Below are positions 1 to 8,654 of a stretch of 64,000 nucleotides of DNA, piece by piece. The notes under the pieces are model-generated. The model had not been told where the DNA came from, did no database searches, and saw nothing but the letters and a program-made list of their open reading frames with translations. Within the stretch, counting starts at the first letter, position 1, and every line of letters begins with the position of its first letter. The position numbers and the translations under genes are program-made. The stretch is from NCBI GenBank assembly GCA_964510525.1, contig CAZECE010000071.1, forward strand, positions 11,986 to 75,985, given 5' to 3'. Origin of the DNA: an uncultured Pseudomonadales bacterium. GTDB lineage: Bacteria; Pseudomonadota; Gammaproteobacteria; Pseudomonadales; JANQJO01.

Positions 1-1009
1 TACCAAGAATGATATCCCAACCTTGAGAGTCAAGCATTTCCACCATACCTTTGTGGCCCGCCATACCAAATACACCCACATAATTTGGATGATTCGTTGG
101 CACATAGCCTTTACCCATAGGCGTTACGATGACCGGCCAACGCAAACGTTCAGCCAGTTCCAAAATCAAATCAACGCATCCCTGCGCGTAAGCCCCAACC
201 CAAATAACCCCTTTAGCAGGCACTTTGGAGAGCGTGTTCGGGGGAACGATTGCTGAAAAAAGTCGTTTTTTTACAGGCAAATCAGCAACCACTTTTGGCT
301 TTAAAATCGGTAGAAAATTCCCGTGATCAGGTAACAAGGATATCTCTTGATCTAAAATATCTCTTGGTATAGAGAGATGCACAGGACCAGGATTGGGACC
401 AAACGCTTTGCTTAGCGCCCGTACCAATTTAGAAATCATCTGATCTTTTGAGCTAACCAACGTGTTGTAACGCGTGCAACTTTCAAAAACTTTTATTAGA
501 TCAACACCGCCACCACAAGCCGACTCTTGCAGCGCCCCGGATCCAAAGCTGTTCAGTGACGTTTGAGCTGTCACAATTAACATGGGCACGTAATTCATAT
601 AAGCAGCACAGACGCCCGTCAACGCATTCGTCGCTCCTGGCCCTGTAGTTGTACAAACAACCCCCAACTTCCCACTGAGCCGAGCATAACCATGTGCCAT
701 AAAAACGGCACCGGCTTCATGACGTGAAGAGATATGCTGGACCCCACCAGGCAGGCGCTCTGACTCCGCAATGGCATTGTAAAAAGGCTCAATGTTGCCA
801 CCGGGAATACCGAACACATATTGTACACCAAGTCTTTCTATACAATTTACGATAAATTGGCTGCAGGTCAGCTTTAATAGCTGGGGTACTTCTGATTGGC
901 TGTACTGAGGTTTCAAATGATGGGAAGAATTGGCGTTAAAACGCAGCTTAGCATTTTCCGGCGTTAAATCGCCTCCAAACTGCGGCTGAGATTTTTCTAT
1001 AATCTCCAT
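1..1009 (-). CDS. Thiamine-pyrophosphate-dependent enzyme, acetolactate-synthase-like family (N-terminal ~336 aa; gene continues past the left edge)
   Basis: Absent from the ORF track because it is edge-truncated. Hand translation of the reverse strand from ATG at 1007-1009 stays open to position 1. It reads MEIIEKSQ...YVFGIPGGNIEPFYNAI...SRHEAGAVFMAHGYARLSGKLGVVCTTTGPGATNALTGV...GSGALQES...PGPVHLSIPRDIL...VTPMGKGYVPTNHPNYVGVFGMAGH. This gives a TPP-enzyme N-domain with catalytic Glu and GPGATN motif plus the central domain. Track ORFs 23..256(+) and 619..831(-) lie in other frames of this gene. Confidence 0.75.
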   Translation of the reverse strand, partial: MEIIEKSQPQFGGDLTPENAKLRFNANSSHHLKPQYSQSEVPQLLKLTCSQFIVNCIERLGVQYVFGIPGGNIEPFYNAIAESERLPGGVQHISSRHEAGAVFMAHGYARLSGKLGVVCTTTGPGATNALTGVCAAYMNYVPMLIVTAQTSLNSFGSGALQESACGGGVDLIKVFESCTRYNTLVSSKDQMISKLVRALSKAFGPNPGPVHLSIPRDILDQEISLLPDHGNFLPILKPKVVADLPVKKRLFSAIVPPNTLSKVPAKGVIWVGAYAQGCVDLILELAERLRWPVIVTPMGKGYVPTNHPNYVGVFGMAGHKGMVEMLDSQGWDIILG

Positions 1010-1241
1010 ATATTGATATCCCTATCTTTCAATCCAAGTTTTCGTAAAGTAAAACTTATGGCACCATCCTGGCACTCAATTCACCAATCAAAAAGCTATA
1101 AATAAGCTTCGAAATTGATTATTTTGTTATAGCGAATATCCAACAGATTCCCTGTACTTGTAAAGCACTTTATTGTAAAAAAAAAGAACTATTTTAAGTC
1201 GAGTTGACGACGTTAAAGTCCCGCCTTTCTTTATAACAATG

Positions 1242-1294
1242 TTTTATAAAAAATTTTCCTGGTTTTATAAAACATTTATCCCGGTTTTATAAAA
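1242..1294. promoter_or_regulatory. Three phased copies of the perfect 10-bp palindrome TTTTATAAAA (candidate operator array)
   Basis: TTTTATAAAA occurs at 1242-1251, 1263-1272 and 1285-1294, each preceded by G, with spacings of 21 and 22 bp. Copies 2 and 3 sit in a ~22-bp tandem unit GGTTTTATAAAA-N3/4-TTATCCC. A TACAAT -10-like hexamer follows at ~1308-1313. The array lies in the divergent region between the TPP-enzyme gene and the DUF4282/dUTPase pair. Confidence 0.4.
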
Positions 1295-1404
1295 AGATTA
1301 TCCCGTTTACAATGCCGGGGATCATACGCCTGACTAAGCACACAATAAGCTACTGGATAGGCACTCTTTCAAAATTTATTTACCAGAAAGGCCAGGAAGA
1401 CGCC

Positions 1405-1986
1405 ATGCAAGCCCAATCTGCCGAACAAGAACCAGCGATTCAATCCGCATCAGAGCACCCTGCGATACACTCAACAACACCTTCATTTTTCCAGTCTTCT
1501 TGGTCCTTTTTAACCGAGCTGTTTGATTTTCAATTTAAAGAAGTCATGACCGTCAAAATGCTGCCTCTTATTTACGGCGTTGCGATTCTCTCCATCGCGG
1601 CCACGACTTTATATTTAGGAATACACGCAGCACTGACGTCTTACTTGCTCGGCATTGTTTACTGCGCATTCATCGCACCCGTGTTTTTTATTTTCAGTAT
1701 CTCAGCCGTTAGAACAACGTTAGAATTTTTCTCCGCGCTTTTTTCTGTACAGCACCAGATGCAAAAAATGAACATGTCAATGGAAATCATTGGTAGTCAA
1801 CTGAAAAAAATGAACGAAAACACCACCAGTATGGAAACCCATACAGCCACCATGGCTGAAACCTTAAACGAGCTCAACGGTGTTACGGATAAAATTCCTT
1901 TTTTCAAAAAACCCAAAAAAACCAACAAGCACCTAAGCTGGGCTGAAGCCCCTTTAAAAGACCACTTAAATAATACAGCGGAGTAA
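1405..1986 (+). CDS. DUF4282-like small membrane protein with polar coiled C-terminus
   Basis: The track ORF is 1312..1986. I prefer ATG 1405 because AGGAAG lies 6 nt upstream. It has TM helices LPLIYGVAILSIAATTLYLGI and LLGIVYCAFIAPVFFIFSISAV flanked by FDFQFKE and RTTLEFF, the pattern I associate with DUF4282. The family call is from memory, not a search. Confidence 0.6.
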   Translation: MQAQSAEQEPAIQSASEHPAIHSTTPSFFQSSWSFLTELFDFQFKEVMTVKMLPLIYGVAILSIAATTLYLGIHAALTSYLLGIVYCAFIAPVFFIFSISAVRTTLEFFSALFSVQHQMQKMNMSMEIIGSQLKKMNENTTSMETHTATMAETLNELNGVTDKIPFFKKPKKTNKHLSWAEAPLKDHLNNTAE

Positions 1987-1994
1987 TTCAAATC

Positions 1995-2639
1995 ATGACC
2001 ACCTCATTACATAACAAACAATTAGCTGCAATGCTGCAAATGCAAGACAACATCAACCAACGTATTCACTCAGCTTGGCGTGATCAACAACATCCTTGGT
2101 ACCGCGCCATTTGGGTCGAATGCGCAGAGCTGATGGACCACCAAGGCTGGAAGTGGTGGAAAAAACAAACACCCAATATGGAACAAATACAACTCGAACT
2201 CGTTGACATATGGCATTTTGGCTTAAGTGATCTACTACAAAGAGATCCCTTAATAACAGAGAAAGAAAAATTAGATGCGTTATCTTTAACGCCCAATAGC
2301 CCACACAGCTACTCCGACTTTTTAACCGGCATTGAGCACTTTGCAAATTTAACCCTTCAAACAAAACAATTTTCGGCACCCCATTTTTTTGGATTATGTC
2401 AGCAAACCAATTTAACATTTGAAGCGCTATATCAGCTTTATATTAGTAAAAACGTATTGAATTTATTTCGACAAGACCATGGCTACCAGTCAGGGGAATA
2501 CCAAAAAAACTGGTCCGGCAAAGAGGACAATGAACATCTCAGTGAGATCGTTGCTCTTCACCAAAATACAGAAGGTGATTGGCAAAAGATCATTTACGCT
2601 GAATTACAAACAAGATATGAAACTCAATGTTCAGCCTAA
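1995..2639 (+). CDS. Dimeric all-alpha dUTP diphosphatase (dUTPase_2 family, Campylobacter/trypanosomatid type)
   Basis: Full-length resemblance to C. jejuni dimeric dUTPase as I remember it: WYRAIWVECAELMDHQGWKWWKK, ELVDIWHFGLS, YISKNVLNLFRQDHGYQSGEYQKNWSGKEDNEHL. The start is 8 nt after the upstream stop, consistent with an operon. Confidence 0.8.
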   Translation: MTTSLHNKQLAAMLQMQDNINQRIHSAWRDQQHPWYRAIWVECAELMDHQGWKWWKKQTPNMEQIQLELVDIWHFGLSDLLQRDPLITEKEKLDALSLTPNSPHSYSDFLTGIEHFANLTLQTKQFSAPHFFGLCQQTNLTFEALYQLYISKNVLNLFRQDHGYQSGEYQKNWSGKEDNEHLSEIVALHQNTEGDWQKIIYAELQTRYETQCSA

Positions 2640-2652
2640 CCATTAGTTCAGC

Positions 2653-3690
2653 CTAAAAATCGCCACCCCAAACATCGGGTTCAGGCAATAAACGAACGCC
2701 CAATGTCTGCCAAACACTGTGTTGAATCGATTGAACCAACTCGATCAACTCTTTAGCCGTACCATTATTAGGGTTCACTAAGACCAAGGCGTGATCTTGG
2801 TGAACCTGAAAGCCCCCCACCGCCTGACCTTTCCAACCACACAACTCGATTAAGCGACCTGCTGCTAACTTCACCTTGCTCGAAGAGACTTTAAACCCCT
2901 TAACGGCCGGTTGAAGCGCTTGCAGCTCATGAAAAAAATCAACTGACACCAACGGGTTTTTAAAAAAACTGCCCACATTAGGCAGCACGTTTGGATCCGG
3001 TAATTTTTTACGCCGTATGTCAATAACCGCTTCAAATACAGATCCGAGACTGACAGCACGGTCTTTTTGGGCAAACCAAGTTTGCACATCGGGATAATCC
3101 ACTTGCGGCTGAAATCGCTTGCGACAAGCAAGCACCACGTTGAGTACCAGCCATTGATCACGATACTCTTCGAGCTTAAACACGCTGTTTCTATACTCAA
3201 GCTGGCAGTCATCTTTCGAAAAAACACGCGTTTGACCTGTTTTTAAATGCAAAGCCTCAACTTGAACCAAACCATCCGACAGCTCCACCCCATACGCCCC
3301 AATGTTCTGAATCGGCGCCGCCCCAACAGTACCCGGAATCAAAGCCAGATTTTCATAACCAGACAGCCCTTGATTCACCGTAAAACAAACCCAGTCATGC
3401 CAAGCCAAGCCCGCCCCCACCCGAAAGGTGGCCGAATTCGCTGTTTCAGTCACTTTTTGAATCGATGAGTTATTCAGCTGAATCACAACCTGATCCAAAT
3501 CCCCCAACAAGACCAAGTTACTTCCGCCACCCAACACCTTAACGCCGTGCTTGTGAATGAGCGCTCTAAACTCTTCTGTTGCAAACACATCCACAGATTG
3601 CGACGCAACGAAGTAATGAGCGCGACACGGCATATTGAACGTATTAAGTGCTTTTAGAGAATAGGAATGCTGCAAATTACGATCAAGCAT
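2653..3690 (-). CDS. murB: UDP-N-acetylenolpyruvoylglucosamine reductase
   Basis: Motifs LKALNTF, VLGGGSNLVL and NVGSFFKNP. The track start at 3708 is TTG. ATG 3690 overlaps the upstream stop (ATGCTTGA) and matches the usual MurB N-terminus. Confidence 0.9.
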   Translation of the reverse strand: MLDRNLQHSYSLKALNTFNMPCRAHYFVASQSVDVFATEEFRALIHKHGVKVLGGGSNLVLLGDLDQVVIQLNNSSIQKVTETANSATFRVGAGLAWHDWVCFTVNQGLSGYENLALIPGTVGAAPIQNIGAYGVELSDGLVQVEALHLKTGQTRVFSKDDCQLEYRNSVFKLEEYRDQWLVLNVVLACRKRFQPQVDYPDVQTWFAQKDRAVSLGSVFEAVIDIRRKKLPDPNVLPNVGSFFKNPLVSVDFFHELQALQPAVKGFKVSSSKVKLAAGRLIELCGWKGQAVGGFQVHQDHALVLVNPNNGTAKELIELVQSIQHSVWQTLGVRLLPEPDVWGGDF

Positions 3691-4165
3691 CGCGTACGAT
3701 CGACGCAATCAAATGATCCACGCCCCGTTCAATCAGATCAATAACACGCTCAAAGTCAGCCTCTCCCCCTTGATAAGGATCCGGCACATCCAGCACATCC
3801 ATTTCAGGCACCCCCTGCAAAAACAGTCGCGGCTGAGCAGCAACGCCACTGGCGCCAGGAGCACCCGTACCTGACAAGGACAGCAAATCATGTAAATTAG
3901 AATGATCCATGGCCAAGACGTGCTGAAACGTCATGAAATCATCTGGCACCACTTGGCGCGCACGAAGCGATCCTAATGAATAGCCTCTGGCCTTTCCAGC
4001 CGCTTGCGCCCGCTGATCCGGCGCTCTTCCGATGTGCCAATCACCCGTACCCGCCGAATCAACCTCCACCCAATCCAACTTTAACTGCTCTAACTTGAAT
4101 CGCATCACGGCTTCAGCGGTCGGAGAACGGCAAATATTGCCCAAACACACAAATAAAACGCGCAT
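3683..4165 (-). CDS. Low-molecular-weight protein-tyrosine phosphatase
   Basis: N-terminal P-loop VCLGNICRSP (CX5R-S) and a DPY general-acid region, about 160 aa. It occupies the same position (between lpxK and murB) as ptpA in Pseudomonas, as I recall. Confidence 0.85.
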   Translation of the reverse strand: MRVLFVCLGNICRSPTAEAVMRFKLEQLKLDWVEVDSAGTGDWHIGRAPDQRAQAAGKARGYSLGSLRARQVVPDDFMTFQHVLAMDHSNLHDLLSLSGTGAPGASGVAAQPRLFLQGVPEMDVLDVPDPYQGGEADFERVIDLIERGVDHLIASIVRDA

Positions 4166-4170
4166 GCTGA

Positions 4171-5205
4171 TTACTTCCTTACCTTTAATGCCAACAATTC
4201 GTTTAATAGTACATCATCGGGAAACAAGTTGATCGAAATTTTAAGATACCATAGCTGCGGCAAATCCATTGAGCGCAACTTCACCGCATCTTTTTCTGTG
4301 ACCAAAATCACCGCCTGATGATCCAGAACCTCAAAATCTGCATCCGAGTAAGCATGATGATCAGGAAAAATATGCTGCTCGAATTTAAGCCCCATTTGGA
4401 TCAAGGTTGCAAAAAAACGCTGAGGATGACCAATACCGGCAACCGCTTGTATTTTCGGCGCGCCTGGTAACAGCGTTTGCCAATCTGCCACCAACGAATC
4501 ATCCACAACCCGATACACCCCCTCAGGTACAACCTGCATATAACTCACGGGCAAAGTCTCACCCACCACCTTAGGTCGATCATGAGACATCGAATTGACC
4601 ACCAAATGCTGCACAGAGCCCAAGCGCGACAGTGGTTCTCTCAAGGGTCCCGCAGGCAACAAAAAACCATTACCCCAACCCCGCGCATCGGTCACCACAA
4701 TTTCAAAATCACGAGGCAGCTGATAATGCTGCAACCCATCATCACTGACTACCAGATCAAGCGTTGGGTACCGCTGCAACAGCGCTTCCAAAGCATTAAC
4801 ACGTTGCGGGTCTATGACAACGGGGACACCACAAGAACGCGCAATCATCGCCGGTTCGTCACCAAAGTTACTCACAGGCTGATCTAAGGCAACAAACCGA
4901 GGAAACGGCCACGCTGAACACTGTTGAGCGCCATAGCCCCGAGAAACAACCCCAACTTTTAGGCCTCTTGATACCAAGGTCTTGACTAGGTGTATTAAAA
5001 GAGGGGTTTTACCCACACCGCCAACCGTTAGATTGCCCACCACCACCACAGGCACATGTTTTTTTTCAGGAGGGAAGCACAGAAACCACATTCGTTTCAG
5101 CCAAACCAAGGTCCTGACAACCCCAGAGAAAGGCAGCAACAAAACACTGACACGAGAAGAACCAAACCAGAGCAATTGAAAAAAATGCGACAGTCTTGCT
5201 CTCAC
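4171..5205 (-). CDS. lpxK: Tetraacyldisaccharide 4'-kinase
   Basis: Walker A VVVGNLTVGGVGKTP after an N-terminal membrane helix. The GTG start directly abuts the msbA stop. Confidence 0.9.
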   Translation of the reverse strand: MRARLSHFFQLLWFGSSRVSVLLLPFSGVVRTLVWLKRMWFLCFPPEKKHVPVVVVGNLTVGGVGKTPLLIHLVKTLVSRGLKVGVVSRGYGAQQCSAWPFPRFVALDQPVSNFGDEPAMIARSCGVPVVIDPQRVNALEALLQRYPTLDLVVSDDGLQHYQLPRDFEIVVTDARGWGNGFLLPAGPLREPLSRLGSVQHLVVNSMSHDRPKVVGETLPVSYMQVVPEGVYRVVDDSLVADWQTLLPGAPKIQAVAGIGHPQRFFATLIQMGLKFEQHIFPDHHAYSDADFEVLDHQAVILVTEKDAVKLRSMDLPQLWYLKISINLFPDDVLLNELLALKVRK

Positions 5206-6942
5206 TCAAGCCTCGCTCAGACCTGCATGGTAAAGCCTGGCATAGGGACCATTAGCGGCGAGCAAGGCCGCATGGGTGCCTTGCTCAACAATTTTTCCGG
5301 CCTCCAGTACCACAATTCGATCCACAGACTCAATCGTAGACAGCCGGTGCGCAATAATGATAGCCGTTTTATCTTGTAACAAAATGTCGAGCGCCTCTTG
5401 AATCACTTTTTCAGTTTCTTGATCCAACGCCGAAGTGGCTTCATCTAAAATCACAATGGCTGCATTTTTTAACAACGCACGCGCCAGCATAATGCGTTGT
5501 TGTTGGCCGCCTGAAAGCTGCGTTCCTTGCTCCCCTCCGATAGGGGTATGGATCCCTTGGGGTAATGCAGCGACAAACTCCGCCGCATTCACCTGATTCA
5601 ATATATCCCAAACAGCCTGTTCATCCACATCCTCCAATGCGCCATAAGCAATATTACGCAACACCGAATCGTTAAATAATTGCCCTTGCTGACTGACAAT
5701 CGCCAGCTGTTGCCTTAAATGCTGCAGCTCGAGGTCTTGCAAAGGATGATCATCTAGATAAACCGTGCCACTTGAAGGCTCCAGGAATCGAGCAACCAAA
5801 TTAACGACACTTGTTTTACCCGCACCTGAACGTCCAACCAACGCCACTTTTTCACCTGGCCGAATGCTCAAGGTAAAGTTCGAGACAGCAGGCTCAGGTT
5901 GACCTTTGAAGCGAAGCTCAATCTGATCAAACTTAAGACTACCGGCTACATGAGACAACCGCGTCTTTCCTTGGTTGGCCTCATTGGGAACATCCAGCAT
6001 CTCAAAAACAGAGCGCGCACCAGCAACTCCACGCTGAACAACGGTATTTACTTGGGTTAACTGCCTAATGGGTTTAGCCAACATACCCGCTGCTAAAATA
6101 AAAGCCAAAAATTCGGCCGTGGTAGTGTCTCCAAAGATAGTCGGCTGCAAAGCCAACCACACCACAATCGAAAACGCCGAAGCCACAAGAAACTGAACAA
6201 TCGGCGTATTAATTGCCTGTGTGGCAACCAATTTCATGCTCTGCTTTAGGTTATGGGCGTTTGCCACTAAAAATCGATTGCTTTCATAGGATTCACCCCC
6301 ATAAATTTTAACGGTATGGTACGAGTGGATTGTTTCAGTGACGACATGGGCGACATCCCCCATTGAGTCTTGTATATCATGACTCAAACGGCTGAGCCGC
6401 TTGCCTGCGTAATTCACGACACCACCAATTAAAGGCCCCATCGCGAAAAAGATTAATGCCAATTTCCATTGCGTATACGTGAGGTAAACCATCAAGCCCA
6501 AAACTGTAAAACCTTCTTGCAACAGAGTTTTCAATGCATCCGTGCTAGCGCTGGCTACTTGTTCAACATCGTACGTCATTTTAGACAACAAACGACCAGA
6601 TGTTTGACGTTGGTAGTAATCGTTATTAACAAATAACATTTTGGCAAACATCTCTTCGCGCAAACGATAAACAACGTGTCTTGCCACATAAGCAATGCCA
6701 TAATTGCCTAAAAAGGATCCAACTCCGCGAATAAAGAATATGCCAGCGATGAACACCGCTATTAGGCTTTTTGCCTGCTGATCCTCTTTTTCAATGGATT
6801 CGACAATATACTTTAATAATTCGGCCCAACCCCATTGCGTAGACGCATAAATAATAAATCCCAAAACACCGACCATAAATGCGAATAAATACAAACGGGT
6901 ATATCGGAGTAAACGCCAATAAATTTGCCAGCCGGAGCTCAT
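5206..6942 (-). CDS. msbA: Lipid A export ATP-binding/permease protein
   Basis: Six-TM ABC exporter domain plus GRSGAGKTS (Walker A), LSGGQQQRIMLARAL (signature) and ILDEATSALD (Walker B). It is adjacent to lpxK as in E. coli. Confidence 0.9.
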   Translation of the reverse strand: MSSGWQIYWRLLRYTRLYLFAFMVGVLGFIIYASTQWGWAELLKYIVESIEKEDQQAKSLIAVFIAGIFFIRGVGSFLGNYGIAYVARHVVYRLREEMFAKMLFVNNDYYQRQTSGRLLSKMTYDVEQVASASTDALKTLLQEGFTVLGLMVYLTYTQWKLALIFFAMGPLIGGVVNYAGKRLSRLSHDIQDSMGDVAHVVTETIHSYHTVKIYGGESYESNRFLVANAHNLKQSMKLVATQAINTPIVQFLVASAFSIVVWLALQPTIFGDTTTAEFLAFILAAGMLAKPIRQLTQVNTVVQRGVAGARSVFEMLDVPNEANQGKTRLSHVAGSLKFDQIELRFKGQPEPAVSNFTLSIRPGEKVALVGRSGAGKTSVVNLVARFLEPSSGTVYLDDHPLQDLELQHLRQQLAIVSQQGQLFNDSVLRNIAYGALEDVDEQAVWDILNQVNAAEFVAALPQGIHTPIGGEQGTQLSGGQQQRIMLARALLKNAAIVILDEATSALDQETEKVIQEALDILLQDKTAIIIAHRLSTIESVDRIVVLEAGKIVEQGTHAALLAANGPYARLYHAGLSEA

Positions 6943-7059
6943 ACGGTCACTGCCCTAGAATCAATGCAAAAGAGAATGGTTGTTGAAAAAACAAGCCTAA
7001 TGAAAACAGTCGAAGAGAATAATGCCCCTGAGGCAATTATCCAAGAGCCGAACAGACAT

Positions 7060-7467
7060 TTACTGCGGCTTTTGAGTGGTAATGCTAACGTTTACATAAC
7101 CCACTTGCCCAACCACATCTAAAACGGTGATCACTGCTTGGTGAGGGGCCATGGCATCCGCGGTGATCACAATCGGTAGAGAGGCGACATCCCCTTCAAT
7201 CCGCATCAAGGCCCTTTTGAGTGCAGCGGCCGTGTTGACAGCCAATGGATCACCGTTTATCGCGTAACTGCTGTTCGCCCCTATGGTAATCTCAGTAGGT
7301 TGAGCAACAGCCTCAGGCGGTTTACCTTCAGCTTCAGGAAGGGTCAAACTTAACCGAGTTTCCTTGGTAAAAGTCGTGGTGACCATGAAAAAAATTAACA
7401 GCAAAAACACCACGTCAATCAAGGGTGTTAGATTTAGGGAAAGCGCTTCGCGACGTCGTCTGATCAT
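7060..7467 (-). CDS. exbD: ExbD/TolR-family biopolymer transport protein
   Basis: LNLTPLIDVVFLLLIFFMVTT TM helix with a periplasmic domain. The track start at 7476 is TTG; ATG 7467 gives MIRRRREAL. Confidence 0.85.
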   Translation of the reverse strand: MIRRRREALSLNLTPLIDVVFLLLIFFMVTTTFTKETRLSLTLPEAEGKPPEAVAQPTEITIGANSSYAINGDPLAVNTAAALKRALMRIEGDVASLPIVITADAMAPHQAVITVLDVVGQVGYVNVSITTQKPQ

Positions 7468-7480
7468 ATGCGTCAACCCA

Positions 7481-8122
7481 TTATTTAGGCGTAGATTTCA
7501 CAACATCTGCAGGAAGACTGTCCACCAACACCATGGCTTCGCTTTCTAACGAAATACCAAAATCATCAATACGACGGATCAAAAAGCGATGAAAAAACAA
7601 GCTTGGAATAGCAACAAACAAGCCACCCGCCGTGGTCACTAAGGCCTTTGAAATACCACCAGCTAGAACCGTGGCATTACCGGTTCCTTGTAAAACGATC
7701 ATCGAAAAAACGTCAATCATACCCAACACAGTACCCAATAAACCGAGCAAAGGTGTAATAGCCGCGACCGTGCCCAATGCATTTAAATAGCGCTCCATTT
7801 CGTGCGTTTCATGATAGACCACCGCATCAATGTTATCTTTCAAAACATGTCTCTCGGCACCAGAGTGTTTCAGCCCTTCAGCCAAGACGCGACCGAGCGG
7901 AGAGTGTGCTTTTAATTCAGCCATTTTTTTGGCATCCAGCTTATTTTTCTTCAGCCAAACTCGAACCATGCCTGATAGTTTAGGTGGTATGATTTTTTTA
8001 GTTTGCAGCGCCCAAAAGCGCTCAAAAATAATGGCCAAAGCCACCACAGAACACAGCAAAATAGGAAACATTAAAATCCCACCTTGCTGCATTAAATCAA
8101 TTAAACCAGTGCCACCTTCCAC
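7481..8122 (-). CDS. exbB: ExbB/TolQ/MotA-family proton-channel protein
   Basis: Three TM helices and the LGLLGTVLGMI motif. The GTG start has AGGAG 5 nt upstream. Confidence 0.85.
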   Translation of the reverse strand: MEGGTGLIDLMQQGGILMFPILLCSVVALAIIFERFWALQTKKIIPPKLSGMVRVWLKKNKLDAKKMAELKAHSPLGRVLAEGLKHSGAERHVLKDNIDAVVYHETHEMERYLNALGTVAAITPLLGLLGTVLGMIDVFSMIVLQGTGNATVLAGGISKALVTTAGGLFVAIPSLFFHRFLIRRIDDFGISLESEAMVLVDSLPADVVKSTPK

Positions 8123-8143
8123 ATTGACTCCTAATAAATTTGA

Positions 8144-8650
8144 TCAGGCTATTTCGATATCGGTTTGCTTCTGTTCAACTTTCTTTTGAACTAAGGTTTG
8201 TAAAAGTTCAAGCTCGCTTCTCGAGACATCAAAAGCGCGCATGATAACAGCTTCATCAACGCCTTCGCTAATCAACTGAGAAATTTTTTGATAATCCATA
8301 TTCGCAACAGCGCCAGAAGACGGAGCACTGTCAGCCGGTTTGGCATTTTGCTGAGCACTAGAGACAACTTCCTTTGGGGTTTCTGGTGTTTGAATTTCGG
8401 GAGGGAGTGTTTCAGCTTCTTGATGCATGACAATACGAGTCAACGTTTTAATCTGTGCCCGCATCAAGGCTTGCTGTTGGTGCCGAGCCATTATACTGGC
8501 TTGTAACTCATCAAAACGGCCATTGACTTCAATCTCGAATTTTAACTGACGATTTTTCATCACAACCGTAAAAGACCACAGGCTAATCAAGCATCCTGTA
8601 ACAAAAAGTAGAATAAAAGCCGAACTGACCAACGCTGAGCTAACCAACAT
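8144..8650 (-). CDS. DUF2802-like protein conserved at the end of che/fla clusters
   Basis: One N-terminal TM helix and a C-terminal ISQLISEGVDEAVIMRAFDVSRSELELL helix-turn-helix-like tail. Its position after cheW matches PA1465-type genes (from memory). ATG 8650 lies 4 nt after the cheW stop; the track start at 8701 is TTG inside cheW. Confidence 0.6.
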   Translation of the reverse strand: MLVSSALVSSAFILLFVTGCLISLWSFTVVMKNRQLKFEIEVNGRFDELQASIMARHQQQALMRAQIKTLTRIVMHQEAETLPPEIQTPETPKEVVSSAQQNAKPADSAPSSGAVANMDYQKISQLISEGVDEAVIMRAFDVSRSELELLQTLVQKKVEQKQTDIEIA

Positions 8651-8654
8651 CGAA

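Noticed and set aside
23-831. Track ORFs 23..256(+) and 619..831(-).
   Set aside because: They lie in alternative frames of the edge-truncated TPP-enzyme gene, whose own frame gives a continuous and recognisable protein.
1059-1074. TGGCACCATCCTGGCA on the plus strand: it has sigma-54-like GG-N10-GC spacing and is also a TGGCAC direct repeat with an 11-bp period.
   Set aside because: The -12 element is TGGCA rather than TTGCW. It points away from the adjacent TPP-enzyme gene and would leave a leader of more than 300 nt to the next plus-strand start. The palindrome array lies downstream of it rather than upstream as an enhancer would. It may still be a regulator site, but I cannot support a promoter call.
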